A DNA stretch of 64,000 nt. Source: Candidatus Latescibacterota bacterium (lineage in GTDB: Bacteria; Latescibacterota; UBA2968; GCA-2709665). Position 1 is the stretch's first letter. Every line of letters begins with the position of its first letter. Location: contig OZ241917.1 in NCBI GenBank assembly GCA_965203805.1, positions 4,416,001-4,480,000 on the forward strand. The letters run 5' to 3'. The notes beneath the pieces were generated by a model. The model was not told the DNA's origin and did not search any database. It saw only the letters and a program-made list of their open reading frames with translations. A program made the translations under genes and the position numbers. Positions 22,672 to 31,245 of the stretch are shown here, piece by piece.

Positions 22672-23547
22672 CTAAACGTCGGAAACGCCCGTGTATCCGG
22701 GGCGGATCAGCCCTCTCTGGTGGTCGCGGCAGTGCGCCAGAAAGCTTCGGTCGCTCAACAGAAAGCCGGGATCTTCAATGATACAACGGGTGCCCTCGTC
22801 AATCAGCTCCCTTGCGTTCATGACGGTCACTCTCGCATCGCCGATCTTTCCGTACTGAACCAGGCCGAGCCGCTGCATCTCGGGCTCCATCAGGAAATAA
22901 TCCCTGGGCACGTTCGGCGTGTGCACCTTCTGGACGTGGACGTGGATCCGGCCATGCTCGTCCGCCACCTCCAGGCGCGAAGGTTCGTCCGCCAGCGCAT
23001 AGGGCGCATGGCCGTATTCCTCGCAGGCGTGCATCAGCGTGCAGCTGGTCCATCCCGTGCCGAGGAACATGTAATGCGCTTCCAGTTCCCCCAGCTTTCC
23101 CCATGCCGTGTCCCGCCCGCAAGGCGTAAAACAGCGAACGGCGCCCTCGGCGAGGTACTCCGCCTGGCGTCCGATCGCGCACATCGGATTGCTGGAGTCC
23201 AGGCAACGCACGGCTCCCGGATGATGTCGAAACACCTCGGTGATCCTGCCCATCCTGGAAGGGGAGCGGCGAACGTCGAAGGCGGGGGACCCGGCGGTGC
23301 GGGCGTATTCCCAGTGCCATCCGTTGAAATGACACGTGTGTACCGCAATCGTGCCCCGTGGCCCGACGGCCTCCAGGAACGCGTCGATCACCGTTTCGGC
23401 GCCGCCTTCCACGTATCCCATACTGCTTAGGGAATTGTGAAAGAACACCGCATCGCCTGGATTCACACCCAGATTCCGAAGGCCTTCGACAATGTCGCGC
23501 TTTCGAACGACCGTTTTCCCTTCCGGCGACCAGGGTTTCTTTGCCAT
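22672..23547 (-). CDS. AAC(3)/YokD-family N-acetyltransferase
   Basis: FFHNSLSSMGYVEGGAETVIDAFL, MGRITEVFR, MFLG, TLMHACEE, GKIGDA; start MAKKPW follows AAGGAG. Confidence 0.85.
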   Translation of the reverse strand: MAKKPWSPEGKTVVRKRDIVEGLRNLGVNPGDAVFFHNSLSSMGYVEGGAETVIDAFLEAVGPRGTIAVHTCHFNGWHWEYARTAGSPAFDVRRSPSRMGRITEVFRHHPGAVRCLDSSNPMCAIGRQAEYLAEGAVRCFTPCGRDTAWGKLGELEAHYMFLGTGWTSCTLMHACEEYGHAPYALADEPSRLEVADEHGRIHVHVQKVHTPNVPRDYFLMEPEMQRLGLVQYGKIGDARVTVMNARELIDEGTRCIIEDPGFLLSDRSFLAHCRDHQRGLIRPGYTGVSDV

Positions 23548-23626
23548 CAATGGAGTCTCCTTGCAAAATAGCGATGCCTGGTGAGACACAAAAAGGACGA
23601 GAGCAGGCGCCTCCGTCGGCAGGCCA

Positions 23627-24214
23627 TCAGCGGTATGGGGCGAGAGACGGATGGTCCAGTACGGAGGCGAGCCACGTCCAGCCCTCGGCGCACCGGTCGT
23701 AGGTTTCGATCGGGACAAAGCCGAAGTCCAGGTACAGGTTGATCGCCCTCGCGGTGTTGGTCTGCGTGGTCAGATAGGCGCGATCGTGGAAGTCCGCGAT
23801 CCGGCAAAGGGACGCTGCCAAAAGCGGTTTGGCGAGACCGCGGCCCTGATACTCGGGACGGATGGCGACCCAGTGGATGCGGCCGTAGTCCCTGCCGTTG
23901 AACGCGTCGTTGTACCAGGCGGTACACGTGCCGATCACCTCACCCTTCGGATCCTCCAGATACAGACACCGGGCCTCCATCCGGTCCCGGCCCGGCCCGA
24001 ACTCGCTCTCGAAGTACTCCAGCGCCTTGTCCACGGAATCGAACGACGCCACGGCGATTTCGATTTCCGCCCAGAGGCGGTCTTCGCCGGCCCTGTAATA
24101 GCGGAGCCGGTATCCCTCAGGAAGCGGAAATGACGGGAGGTCCGTCAGGTCATCCCTGACCATGACCACCGGAATGTGCTTCTGCTTCCTTTCCCAGTGC
24201 CTGTCGATTCTCAC
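23627..24214 (-). CDS. GNAT family N-acetyltransferase
   Basis: VAIRPEYQGRGLAKPL, AINLYLDFGF. Confidence 0.88.
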   Translation of the reverse strand: MRIDRHWERKQKHIPVVMVRDDLTDLPSFPLPEGYRLRYYRAGEDRLWAEIEIAVASFDSVDKALEYFESEFGPGRDRMEARCLYLEDPKGEVIGTCTAWYNDAFNGRDYGRIHWVAIRPEYQGRGLAKPLLAASLCRIADFHDRAYLTTQTNTARAINLYLDFGFVPIETYDRCAEGWTWLASVLDHPSLAPYR

Positions 24215-24270
24215 AGCGCCTGCCTCCGTTCCACATTCGCCGGGGCACGCCCGCTACGCGTGTGGACGCG

Positions 24271-26451
24271 CTAGATAACGGCCGTCCCGGCTTCCGTTAC
24301 TGCGTATGACCGGCCCTCGCCGAGTACCGTACTCCACCGTTCGCCGTCGTGCTGCTCGAGGGCGAGCCTGATCCGGCCTGCGGACGGCTCGCCGAGCACG
24401 AAAATCGTCTCCGGTCGTTGCGGAAGCACCGGTCCCCGGACGGGCGCGGCGCCCTCTTCGCCTGTTGGCGCCAGGACCATCCACGGCGACCCTCCCGGGT
24501 CCGCATACCAGAGGGTGATCAGCGAATCGCCGGCGCACTGTTGCACGACGCAACCCTCACCGTCAGGCAGAATCGCCCACAGGACGTCGAGTGACGTTTC
24601 GCCATCCATCACGAATTGGTAGCGGAGGTCCGCCTGGTCCATCGCGTCCAGGTCTTCGGGCGGAATGTTGTAGCCGGACAGGTACGTCCTCCAATAGGGG
24701 TCGACCGGCTGTGGGACCCGCTCGAACGCTGCTGCGCGGGAAGACGCCTGAAAAAGCCGGCAGGACTGCCCGGAAGGCGTCCGCAGCAGGAGCGAGCCGT
24801 CCGGATCGATCCGGGTGTCGACCTCATGCCCTGTGTGAAAATGGGCCTCCACGTGACGCGGCGCAAGGCCGGTGAACCGGACGCGGTCCAGAATGAATGC
24901 GGCGTGGAAGTCTCTCGCGTGCATTACGGTCCGTTCGAACGAGGTCAGCCCCGGCACGTCCGGATATGCTCCCGCCGCCTCGCACCGCGCGGCCGAATAA
25001 ACGTCGTCCTCACCGCAAAACACCCCCGTCATCCCGCCGCCCGAGTCGGGTCCGTCCGACTGTCCTGCGCCGTCGAACGTGAGGGTGTTCTTCAACGCGG
25101 TGTCAAATCGAAAGTACCCCGACGGCCTGAAGAAATAGTGCCCTTTGGCAAAGAACGTGAAACTCGCACGGTCTTCATAGTGGGCGTGTTTGTTCTGCGT
25201 AATGGTCTGTAACGGAAGCCCCGTATCCCGCCCGGCCTGCGCCAGCGGACCCCCGGGGACCGTACACTCGAAGCTCAGGACGGAGGCGCTCTCGTCACAC
25301 TCGAAGCTCAGGACGGAGGCGCTCTCGTCGAACCCCGTGCGGGAGAAGAACTGACCCAGCGACGGGAAAAACGCTGCTGCCGGCAAACCGTCCGGAGGTT
25401 CCGCCTCAACGCCGGGATCGTACCACAAGAAGCTCCAGCCGTGGTCGTGGTAGTCTTTCAGAAACGTGCGCGACGTCTCCCGCTCCGCCTGCCACTGCGC
25501 CAGCCCGTCATTGAACTCGGTCGCGAGTTTGCACAGCTGAAATGCCACGACCCCGCCGGTCTCCCCGTGGTACCGGCCGCTGGGCGTCGAATCGTCCAGA
25601 AACACGTACGATCCGTCGGGCAGCAGGTGGTACGCACGCCAGCGGGCCAGCGACTTCAGCCATTCGATATCGAACGCGTCTTCACCGAACACCCGCTTCC
25701 GGCCCTCCAGGTAGAACAGCATCGGCCCAAGCGCGTAATTCAGAGGGGCCACGCCCTCGTTCCATGCGCCGTCGTCACCCTGTATGGAGATGATCCGGTC
25801 GACCTCCTTTTCAACCGTGGATAACCACGCTTCCGCTTCCGGTGCGTACGGTAACAACGCCAGGCAGCCGATGCCCGCGCCGAAGACCGGCACCCAGCAG
25901 TCGTGGTAGTGGTATCGCCGGCTCCAGCCCGCCTCGCCAGTATCCATGTGCCGGACCATGCGTCCGGTCTCGACCTGCAAAACCTCGACTGCGCGCCGAA
26001 TTAAGGGTTCCGGTAGAACCCGCGCGAACAGGTCCAGGCCATAGGCCAGCGCCATAACGTGGAATGCGACCAGGTAGGAACCCTTGACCTGATCGTCGTC
26101 CGCACCGCCGACCTCGACCCATCGCGCCAGCCAGCGTTCGGCCAGCCCGCGCCACCGCCCGTCTCCGGTGACCTGCCAGGCGATGCCGCAGTTTACCACC
26201 AGAGAAAAGCAGATCTCGAGGATATCGCTGTATTCGGGTTCCTCCAGGTCCCAGAGCGTAGCTGGCGGTTCGTGGGCTATCCGGCGACCCAGGTCTTCGA
26301 CCAAGGCGCGAAAGAACCGGGCGTGCGACGACGCGCTGCGGTTGCGCAGGTCATCCAGTTCGCAGTCAGCCAGAATCAACCGCGGCGCTGCGGGATCGAC
26401 CATTGAGGAACCCATTTCCGATAGCCGGGATGGAGCCGGATGGCCCACCAT
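24271..26451 (-). CDS. DUF4962/heparinase II/III-like oligosaccharide lyase
   Basis: APRLIL, helical toroid region, DDGAWNEG..YAL, LWYDP, SRTGF, HAHYEDRASF, KNTLTFDGAGQ, EAAGAYP; exact start uncertain. Confidence 0.75.
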   Translation of the reverse strand: MVGHPAPSRLSEMGSSMVDPAAPRLILADCELDDLRNRSASSHARFFRALVEDLGRRIAHEPPATLWDLEEPEYSDILEICFSLVVNCGIAWQVTGDGRWRGLAERWLARWVEVGGADDDQVKGSYLVAFHVMALAYGLDLFARVLPEPLIRRAVEVLQVETGRMVRHMDTGEAGWSRRYHYHDCWVPVFGAGIGCLALLPYAPEAEAWLSTVEKEVDRIISIQGDDGAWNEGVAPLNYALGPMLFYLEGRKRVFGEDAFDIEWLKSLARWRAYHLLPDGSYVFLDDSTPSGRYHGETGGVVAFQLCKLATEFNDGLAQWQAERETSRTFLKDYHDHGWSFLWYDPGVEAEPPDGLPAAAFFPSLGQFFSRTGFDESASVLSFECDESASVLSFECTVPGGPLAQAGRDTGLPLQTITQNKHAHYEDRASFTFFAKGHYFFRPSGYFRFDTALKNTLTFDGAGQSDGPDSGGGMTGVFCGEDDVYSAARCEAAGAYPDVPGLTSFERTVMHARDFHAAFILDRVRFTGLAPRHVEAHFHTGHEVDTRIDPDGSLLLRTPSGQSCRLFQASSRAAAFERVPQPVDPYWRTYLSGYNIPPEDLDAMDQADLRYQFVMDGETSLDVLWAILPDGEGCVVQQCAGDSLITLWYADPGGSPWMVLAPTGEEGAAPVRGPVLPQRPETIFVLGEPSAGRIRLALEQHDGERWSTVLGEGRSYAVTEAGTAVI
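25264..25329. repeat. Perfect 33-bp in-frame tandem duplication
   Basis: acactcgaagctcaggacggaggcgctctcgtc twice, giving DESASVLSFEC twice in the protein. Confidence 0.95.
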
Positions 26452-26827
26452 GTGGCAATTTCGAAAGTGCTAGGGATCTACCTGCGACGCGCGGTCCAGA
26501 GTCTTGCCGGCCGCACGGCGAACGTCCGCTCGAATATCGTACAGATCCCAACGTGCCCTGGCGTTACAAAACCCCTCATCCCAAGTCTAAACCATACCGG
26601 GAGGGATTGCAAGTCCCATCGTGTACGGAGTGAAGGGCGACGCCTGAATCCGGACAGGTGGCAGGCCGTGGTGAATGACAGAAAATCTGACATCCTGCCC
26701 GGTTTGAATTCAGCATCGACAGCCAATAATCAGTTGTGATTGGATCAGAAAAGCACTTCCACGAACCCGCCGCGGCCGTGCGCGACCTCGACATCCCGAA
26801 AATCAAAAAAGACACCCCTTTTTTCTC

Positions 26828-26867
26828 TTGACAAAATTCGTTGCCTGATATTATCATATATTATAAT
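26828..26867 (+). promoter_or_regulatory. sigma70-type promoter of the outer-membrane cluster
   Basis: TTGACA (26828-33), 18 nt, TATCAT (26852-57); also a perfect TATAAT at 26862-67; lies in an AT-rich island. Confidence 0.65.
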
Positions 26868-26878
26868 CGCTATTTTTA

Positions 26879-27065
26879 GATGCCTGCTTAATTAGGGCGG
26901 GTATCGAAACGGCATCGCGAGGGCTTTCTCTGTGGGAGGGGCACCGTCTTGCCGTATCCACGATTATCGGTCCTCCCCCCGCGATTGCGGATGCCCGTTT
27001 CCGGTGTCGCCGAACGGGTTGCTCTGGCAACGCCGGGAGTATCGCAGGGGGAGTCGGTGACAGGT
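26879..27065 (+). promoter_or_regulatory. Structured 5' leader (candidate cis-regulatory RNA)
   Basis: Successive stems gatgcctgc/gcgggtatc, gaaacggcatc/gatgcccgtttc enclosing gggagg/cctccc, and tgtcgccga/tcggtgaca enclosing gttgc/gcaac. Confidence 0.4.
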
Positions 27066-27153
27066 TGAGCCAAAGTTTCGAAAACGGACCCGGTCTCGCG
27101 GGAATTCAGGCGGCATTCGCGCGGCTTTGTCCATCTTTTAAGGAGGGCAGTCT

Positions 27154-27900
27154 ATGGGCACATGGAGGGTTTTGGCTGTTGCCGGGCTTCTGGTGTCGCT
27201 TCTCGCACCGGATTCCGGCGCACGGGAGTTCGACCGGATCGGCGGGCGGATGCTGTTGGGCTACAACCTGCCCGTGATGGGGCTTCGGACGAACTGGTAC
27301 ACACAGGCCGTACGTTGGGGCGGCAGCGTTGTTTACAACCGGAATATCAACAACGCGATCGAGTTCGAGTATCACCGGCTCGAATACAATGACGGCAAGA
27401 TCGAGAATCAGACGTTCACCTGGAACGAAGACTCGAAAGATTATTTGAGTCCCGAGTCGGACGCCAGTATGCGGATCAACAGCGTGTTGTGCAATATGGT
27501 TTTCCGGCTAGGTGACAAATCCCGCCTGTTCTATAACCAGGCGACGTCCCCGTACGTGGTCGCCGGCGGCGGGTTTCACAGCTACAGCAATCGCGTCAGC
27601 GGGCTGATTTATCCTGGGCAGAAGGGCATCGCCGTCGAGGGCTCCGAGGAGAATATGCTGGACCCGAGCGTGGTCCTCGAACCCGTGGTGGAGAGCCGGT
27701 GGGCGCTTGGGGCCCATTTCGGGTTCGGTGTCGAGCGGTTCATGTCCAACAACTTTTCACTGGATTTCCGGGTTCAGCACAATTTCCTGGTTGGGACGCT
27801 CGGTCCGCGGGAGGCCTGGGGCATCAAGGGCGTGATGCCGCTGCTGCAGATGCTGGATCTGGAGGTGGCCGTTAAATTCTACGAATCGGGTGTAAAGTAG
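27154..27900 (+). CDS. Small outer-membrane beta-barrel protein (OmpA-TM/PorT-like)
   Basis: RBS AAGGAGG; signal peptide; alternating beta-strands SPYVVAGGGF, ALGAHFGFGVERF, FSLDFRVQHNF, LDLEVAVKFY. Confidence 0.7.
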   Translation: MGTWRVLAVAGLLVSLLAPDSGAREFDRIGGRMLLGYNLPVMGLRTNWYTQAVRWGGSVVYNRNINNAIEFEYHRLEYNDGKIENQTFTWNEDSKDYLSPESDASMRINSVLCNMVFRLGDKSRLFYNQATSPYVVAGGGFHSYSNRVSGLIYPGQKGIAVEGSEENMLDPSVVLEPVVESRWALGAHFGFGVERFMSNNFSLDFRVQHNFLVGTLGPREAWGIKGVMPLLQMLDLEVAVKFYESGVK

Positions 27901-27996
27901 CGTGCCTCCCGTGCCCGGGAAAGGAGGAGGGCCGATCCGAATCGGGCACGAAAGGCCGAAGATAACCAGTCGGACAATACAAACGGAGGTTCGGTA

Positions 27997-30900
27997 ATGA
28001 AGAAGTGTGTTCTGTTTCTCGGATTTCTTTCCCTCTGCACGGCACTGGCGTTGAGTGGCAGCGCCTGGTCCGGCACGACCGGAAAGATTGTTGGAAAGAT
28101 CCTGGACCAGAATGGCGAAGCATTGCCTGGCGCCAATGTGGTCATCGAGGGATTGAATCTCGGTTCCACCGCCGATGTGGAAGGGTTCTACGTGATTCTG
28201 CGCGCCGATCCGGGGCTTTATACCCTCAAGGCCTCGCTGATCGGGTATCAGACCGAGTCGCAGACGGACGTTCGGGTGCAGGCCGACGTGACCACGGAGG
28301 TCGATTTCACGCTCCAGGAAGCAACGCTGGAACTGGGGGAGATGGTGGTCAAGGCGGAGCGTCCTCCGGTGGAAGTCGACAAGACCTTCAGCAAGTACAT
28401 CGTGGGCGCCGATGAAATCGAGCAACTCCCCATCGTCCGCACCACCAGCGAAATGATCACGCTGCAGCCGGGCGTGCACCTCGACGGTTCCGACCGCATG
28501 CGGGGAAGCAACCGGCCCGGGGAATGGCGAAGCCGCACGGGCGGAGACGTGGCTTATTACGTGGACGGCGTGAAAATCGTGAACAGCGACGGCGCCGGCT
28601 CCCACAACTGGAAGTCCATCAACCGGTCGACCGTCCAGGAAATTTCCGTGGTTACGGGCGGGATGAACGCCGAGTACGGCAATGCCCAGGCCGGCGTTGT
28701 CAGCATTATCACGAAGGACGGAAGCCAGAACTTCCACGGATGGGGCGAGTACCGGCGGACGCCGCCGGGACAGAAGCACTGGGGCGCAAACGCGTACGAA
28801 AGCCCGTCGCATCTCGACAAAATGAAATGGGGCGAGGGCGAGTGGCAGAACGAGCGTGACCCGGAAACGGGTCGACTCGTCCACCAGCGCTCGGACTACG
28901 ATGAAATCACCGGACACGAGGTGGAGGGGAATGTCTCGGGTCCGCTTTCCAAAAGCGCTTCGTTCATCGTTTCGGGCAAGACGGCCCGGAAGGCGCCCGT
29001 CTATCCCTCGGGGACGGAGAGGGGCTACTATGACGACATCGGGCGGTTTGTTCCTTCTTTGAACAACTACCAGGGATCGTACAGCGTCACCGTCCGCGCG
29101 TCCGAAAACGTAAAAATGAAGATCGGCGGTCTGTTCGAGCACAACAAGAAATTCATCGGAACCGACCGGGATTCATGGCGGAACGAGCGGTCCGCGGGCA
29201 CCTCCAGCGGCGTCATCCGCGGCTTCGGCAAGAACATATTTCTGCCGGTTGATTGGAGCGCGGCGGGCAAGATGAGCACGACCCACAATATGCAATACCT
29301 GGCCGTCACCCATTCTCTCTCGCCCAGGACGTTCTATGACCTCCGGATTTCGCGCTATTCAACCGTCGACGACACCAGCGAAATCGCGGCGAGAACGTCC
29401 GACGTGCGTACGGATGCGGACGGATGGTTCGCCGTGGACCGGGAGGTCCGCCATTACCAGGTTGCGGACCGGAAGCGGTACCAGGTGAAGCTGGATCTGG
29501 CCAGCCAGATCACGAAGGGGCATTTCGTGAAGGCCGGTTTCGAGTTCATCAAGTACAGCATGTATCTCACCCGCTACACGGGAGAGAGCGCACAGGCCAG
29601 GCGGCTGGAGTTCGCCGGCGCGCAGGGCGTGATCGGAGAACCTGTCAAGCCCCAGCACCTTGCCATCTACGCCCAGGACAAGATGGAGTTCGAAGGTATG
29701 GTCATCAATGCCGGCCTTCGCCTGGACCTGTTCGATCCGGTCTCCAAATTCCCGGCTTCGGGCGCGTACGCGTTCTCACCCATGTACAACTCGCCTCTGC
29801 GGTTCCAGAATGCGCCCCACCGCGAACCGGTCGTGTTCAAGAACCTGAGCCCGCGGGTGGGGGTGTCGCATCCGATCACGGCGCGGTCGTCCATGCACTA
29901 TTTCGCGGGTCTGTTCCTGGCCTATCCGGATATCTATTATCTGTTCAACGGGGACTGGCGGACGTCGGGTCCCGACCAGGACTGGAACGGGAACGGCGCG
30001 ATCGACCCGGGTGAGCGCTACAACGCCATGCGCCCATCTTATCCCATTCGCAGCGGGCAGGGCACCACTGAAATCCGACCCGAAAAGACCGTTTCCATGG
30101 AGGTGGGGGCTGACTGGAACTTCGTGCAGGACTATACCGGCGCGATCGCGCTGTATTACAAGAGCGCGAAGGACCAGTACCATTACCATTCCGACGTGCG
30201 CTTTTACGCGCCGCACCGGCCCGGATGGGTGCATCCCTACGCACGGATCCTGCACAACAACGGTTTCGAAGAGCAGCGGGGTCTGGAATTCTCCCTGCGG
30301 AAGCCGCTCAGCCACAACTTCGCCATCAACCTGGCCTACAACATGACGTGGGCCCAGGCCGGATGGGGCAACTTCGACGCCTGGTTCAACTTCCTGTATC
30401 CTGACTCCATGTACATTGCCAGCGGGCGGTACTGGTACGAATACAGGGTGGAAAACGGCGTTGAGGTGCCGGTGCCCCTCACGGTGGAACAGATCCGCGA
30501 GATCGGGCACACCGCCAACAACGCGATCAAAAGCATCGCCCGGCGGGACGGCAATCCGGGAGGCCGGGGATACGAGCAGACCCGGATGACGGCCCGGGAG
30601 TACGGGCTCATCGGTCTGGACGACTTCGAACTGGACCACATCCACGTGTGGGCCAGGGGATATCAGACCGGCCTGAACGCCGACGGCGGCAACATCCGCA
30701 ACCAGGGCAGCGTGCAGTTCCTCTATCTCACGCCGGGGGACTACGGACCCGATTTCAAGGTGTTCGGAAGCAAGTTCCTTGCCAACTGGCGGGTAAACCT
30801 GCTCTGGCGCATGCAGAACACGGGTTCGTTCTGGTACACGCCGCCGAATTCCGGCCGCGAACGGAGGCTGCGTCCTATCCGCACCTGGACCGACATTGCC

Positions 30901-31137
30901 GTTGAGAAGCGCTTTCCGTTCGGTCATGGGCGCGGCGACGTGAGCCTCTTCCTGGAGGTGCGGAACCTGTTCAACCAGAAGGACGACAGTTCATACAATA
31001 CCACCGACTGGACCAACTGGGGACTGTTGACGGCACGTCCTGACAACTCCGAATTCCTCCAGTACGGGGATACACGCGACCGGAACTTCTACAGCCATCC
31101 CCGGCGCGCGGAAATGGGTCTGAGAATACAGTTCTGA
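27997..31137 (+). CDS. TonB-dependent receptor with N-terminal carboxypeptidase-regulatory-like domain
   Basis: Signal peptide; GTTGKIVGKI..LPGANVVIEG; plug LQPGV, YYVDG, EISVVTGGMNAEYGNAQAGVVSIITK; barrel YAQDKMEF, NAGLRLD, LSPRVGVSHPI, RPEKTVSMEVG, EVRNLFN; ends MGLRIQF. Confidence 0.92.
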   Translation: MKKCVLFLGFLSLCTALALSGSAWSGTTGKIVGKILDQNGEALPGANVVIEGLNLGSTADVEGFYVILRADPGLYTLKASLIGYQTESQTDVRVQADVTTEVDFTLQEATLELGEMVVKAERPPVEVDKTFSKYIVGADEIEQLPIVRTTSEMITLQPGVHLDGSDRMRGSNRPGEWRSRTGGDVAYYVDGVKIVNSDGAGSHNWKSINRSTVQEISVVTGGMNAEYGNAQAGVVSIITKDGSQNFHGWGEYRRTPPGQKHWGANAYESPSHLDKMKWGEGEWQNERDPETGRLVHQRSDYDEITGHEVEGNVSGPLSKSASFIVSGKTARKAPVYPSGTERGYYDDIGRFVPSLNNYQGSYSVTVRASENVKMKIGGLFEHNKKFIGTDRDSWRNERSAGTSSGVIRGFGKNIFLPVDWSAAGKMSTTHNMQYLAVTHSLSPRTFYDLRISRYSTVDDTSEIAARTSDVRTDADGWFAVDREVRHYQVADRKRYQVKLDLASQITKGHFVKAGFEFIKYSMYLTRYTGESAQARRLEFAGAQGVIGEPVKPQHLAIYAQDKMEFEGMVINAGLRLDLFDPVSKFPASGAYAFSPMYNSPLRFQNAPHREPVVFKNLSPRVGVSHPITARSSMHYFAGLFLAYPDIYYLFNGDWRTSGPDQDWNGNGAIDPGERYNAMRPSYPIRSGQGTTEIRPEKTVSMEVGADWNFVQDYTGAIALYYKSAKDQYHYHSDVRFYAPHRPGWVHPYARILHNNGFEEQRGLEFSLRKPLSHNFAINLAYNMTWAQAGWGNFDAWFNFLYPDSMYIASGRYWYEYRVENGVEVPVPLTVEQIREIGHTANNAIKSIARRDGNPGGRGYEQTRMTAREYGLIGLDDFELDHIHVWARGYQTGLNADGGNIRNQGSVQFLYLTPGDYGPDFKVFGSKFLANWRVNLLWRMQNTGSFWYTPPNSGRERRLRPIRTWTDIAVEKRFPFGHGRGDVSLFLEVRNLFNQKDDSSYNTTDWTNWGLLTARPDNSEFLQYGDTRDRNFYSHPRRAEMGLRIQF

Positions 31138-31162
31138 TCCATTCCGGATCTGATTTCGAAAG

Positions 31163-31197
31163 GGCGGGGAGCCCGGAGGGTTGCCCGGGCTCCCGCC
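31163..31197 (+). other. GC-rich intergenic hairpin (possible mRNA stabiliser or attenuator)
   Basis: ggcggggagcccgg pairs with ccgggctcccgcc; no clear U-tract follows. Confidence 0.5.
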
Positions 31198-31245
31198 GCC
31201 ACGCGATTCCTTCATTGACGATCTATACACGCTAAGGAGGATACG

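Noticed and set aside
20379-23547. AAC(3) and MBL genes as an antibiotic resistance island
   Set aside because: Only fold-level motifs are present, with no integron, IS or compositional anomaly, and the MBL lacks a signal peptide.
26470-26800. Possible small gene or sRNA upstream of the minus-strand lyase
   Set aside because: Short ORFs lack RBS and coding-like composition, and I saw no convincing structure or known RNA motif.
26451-27154. Complete strand switch (20 minus-strand genes left, 19 plus-strand genes right) with an AT-rich patch, suggesting oriC
   Set aside because: No dnaA/dnaN and no cluster of TTATCCACA boxes (only weak single matches near 25817 and 26954). Divergent promoters explain it. 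Whole-genome GC skew would settle the question.
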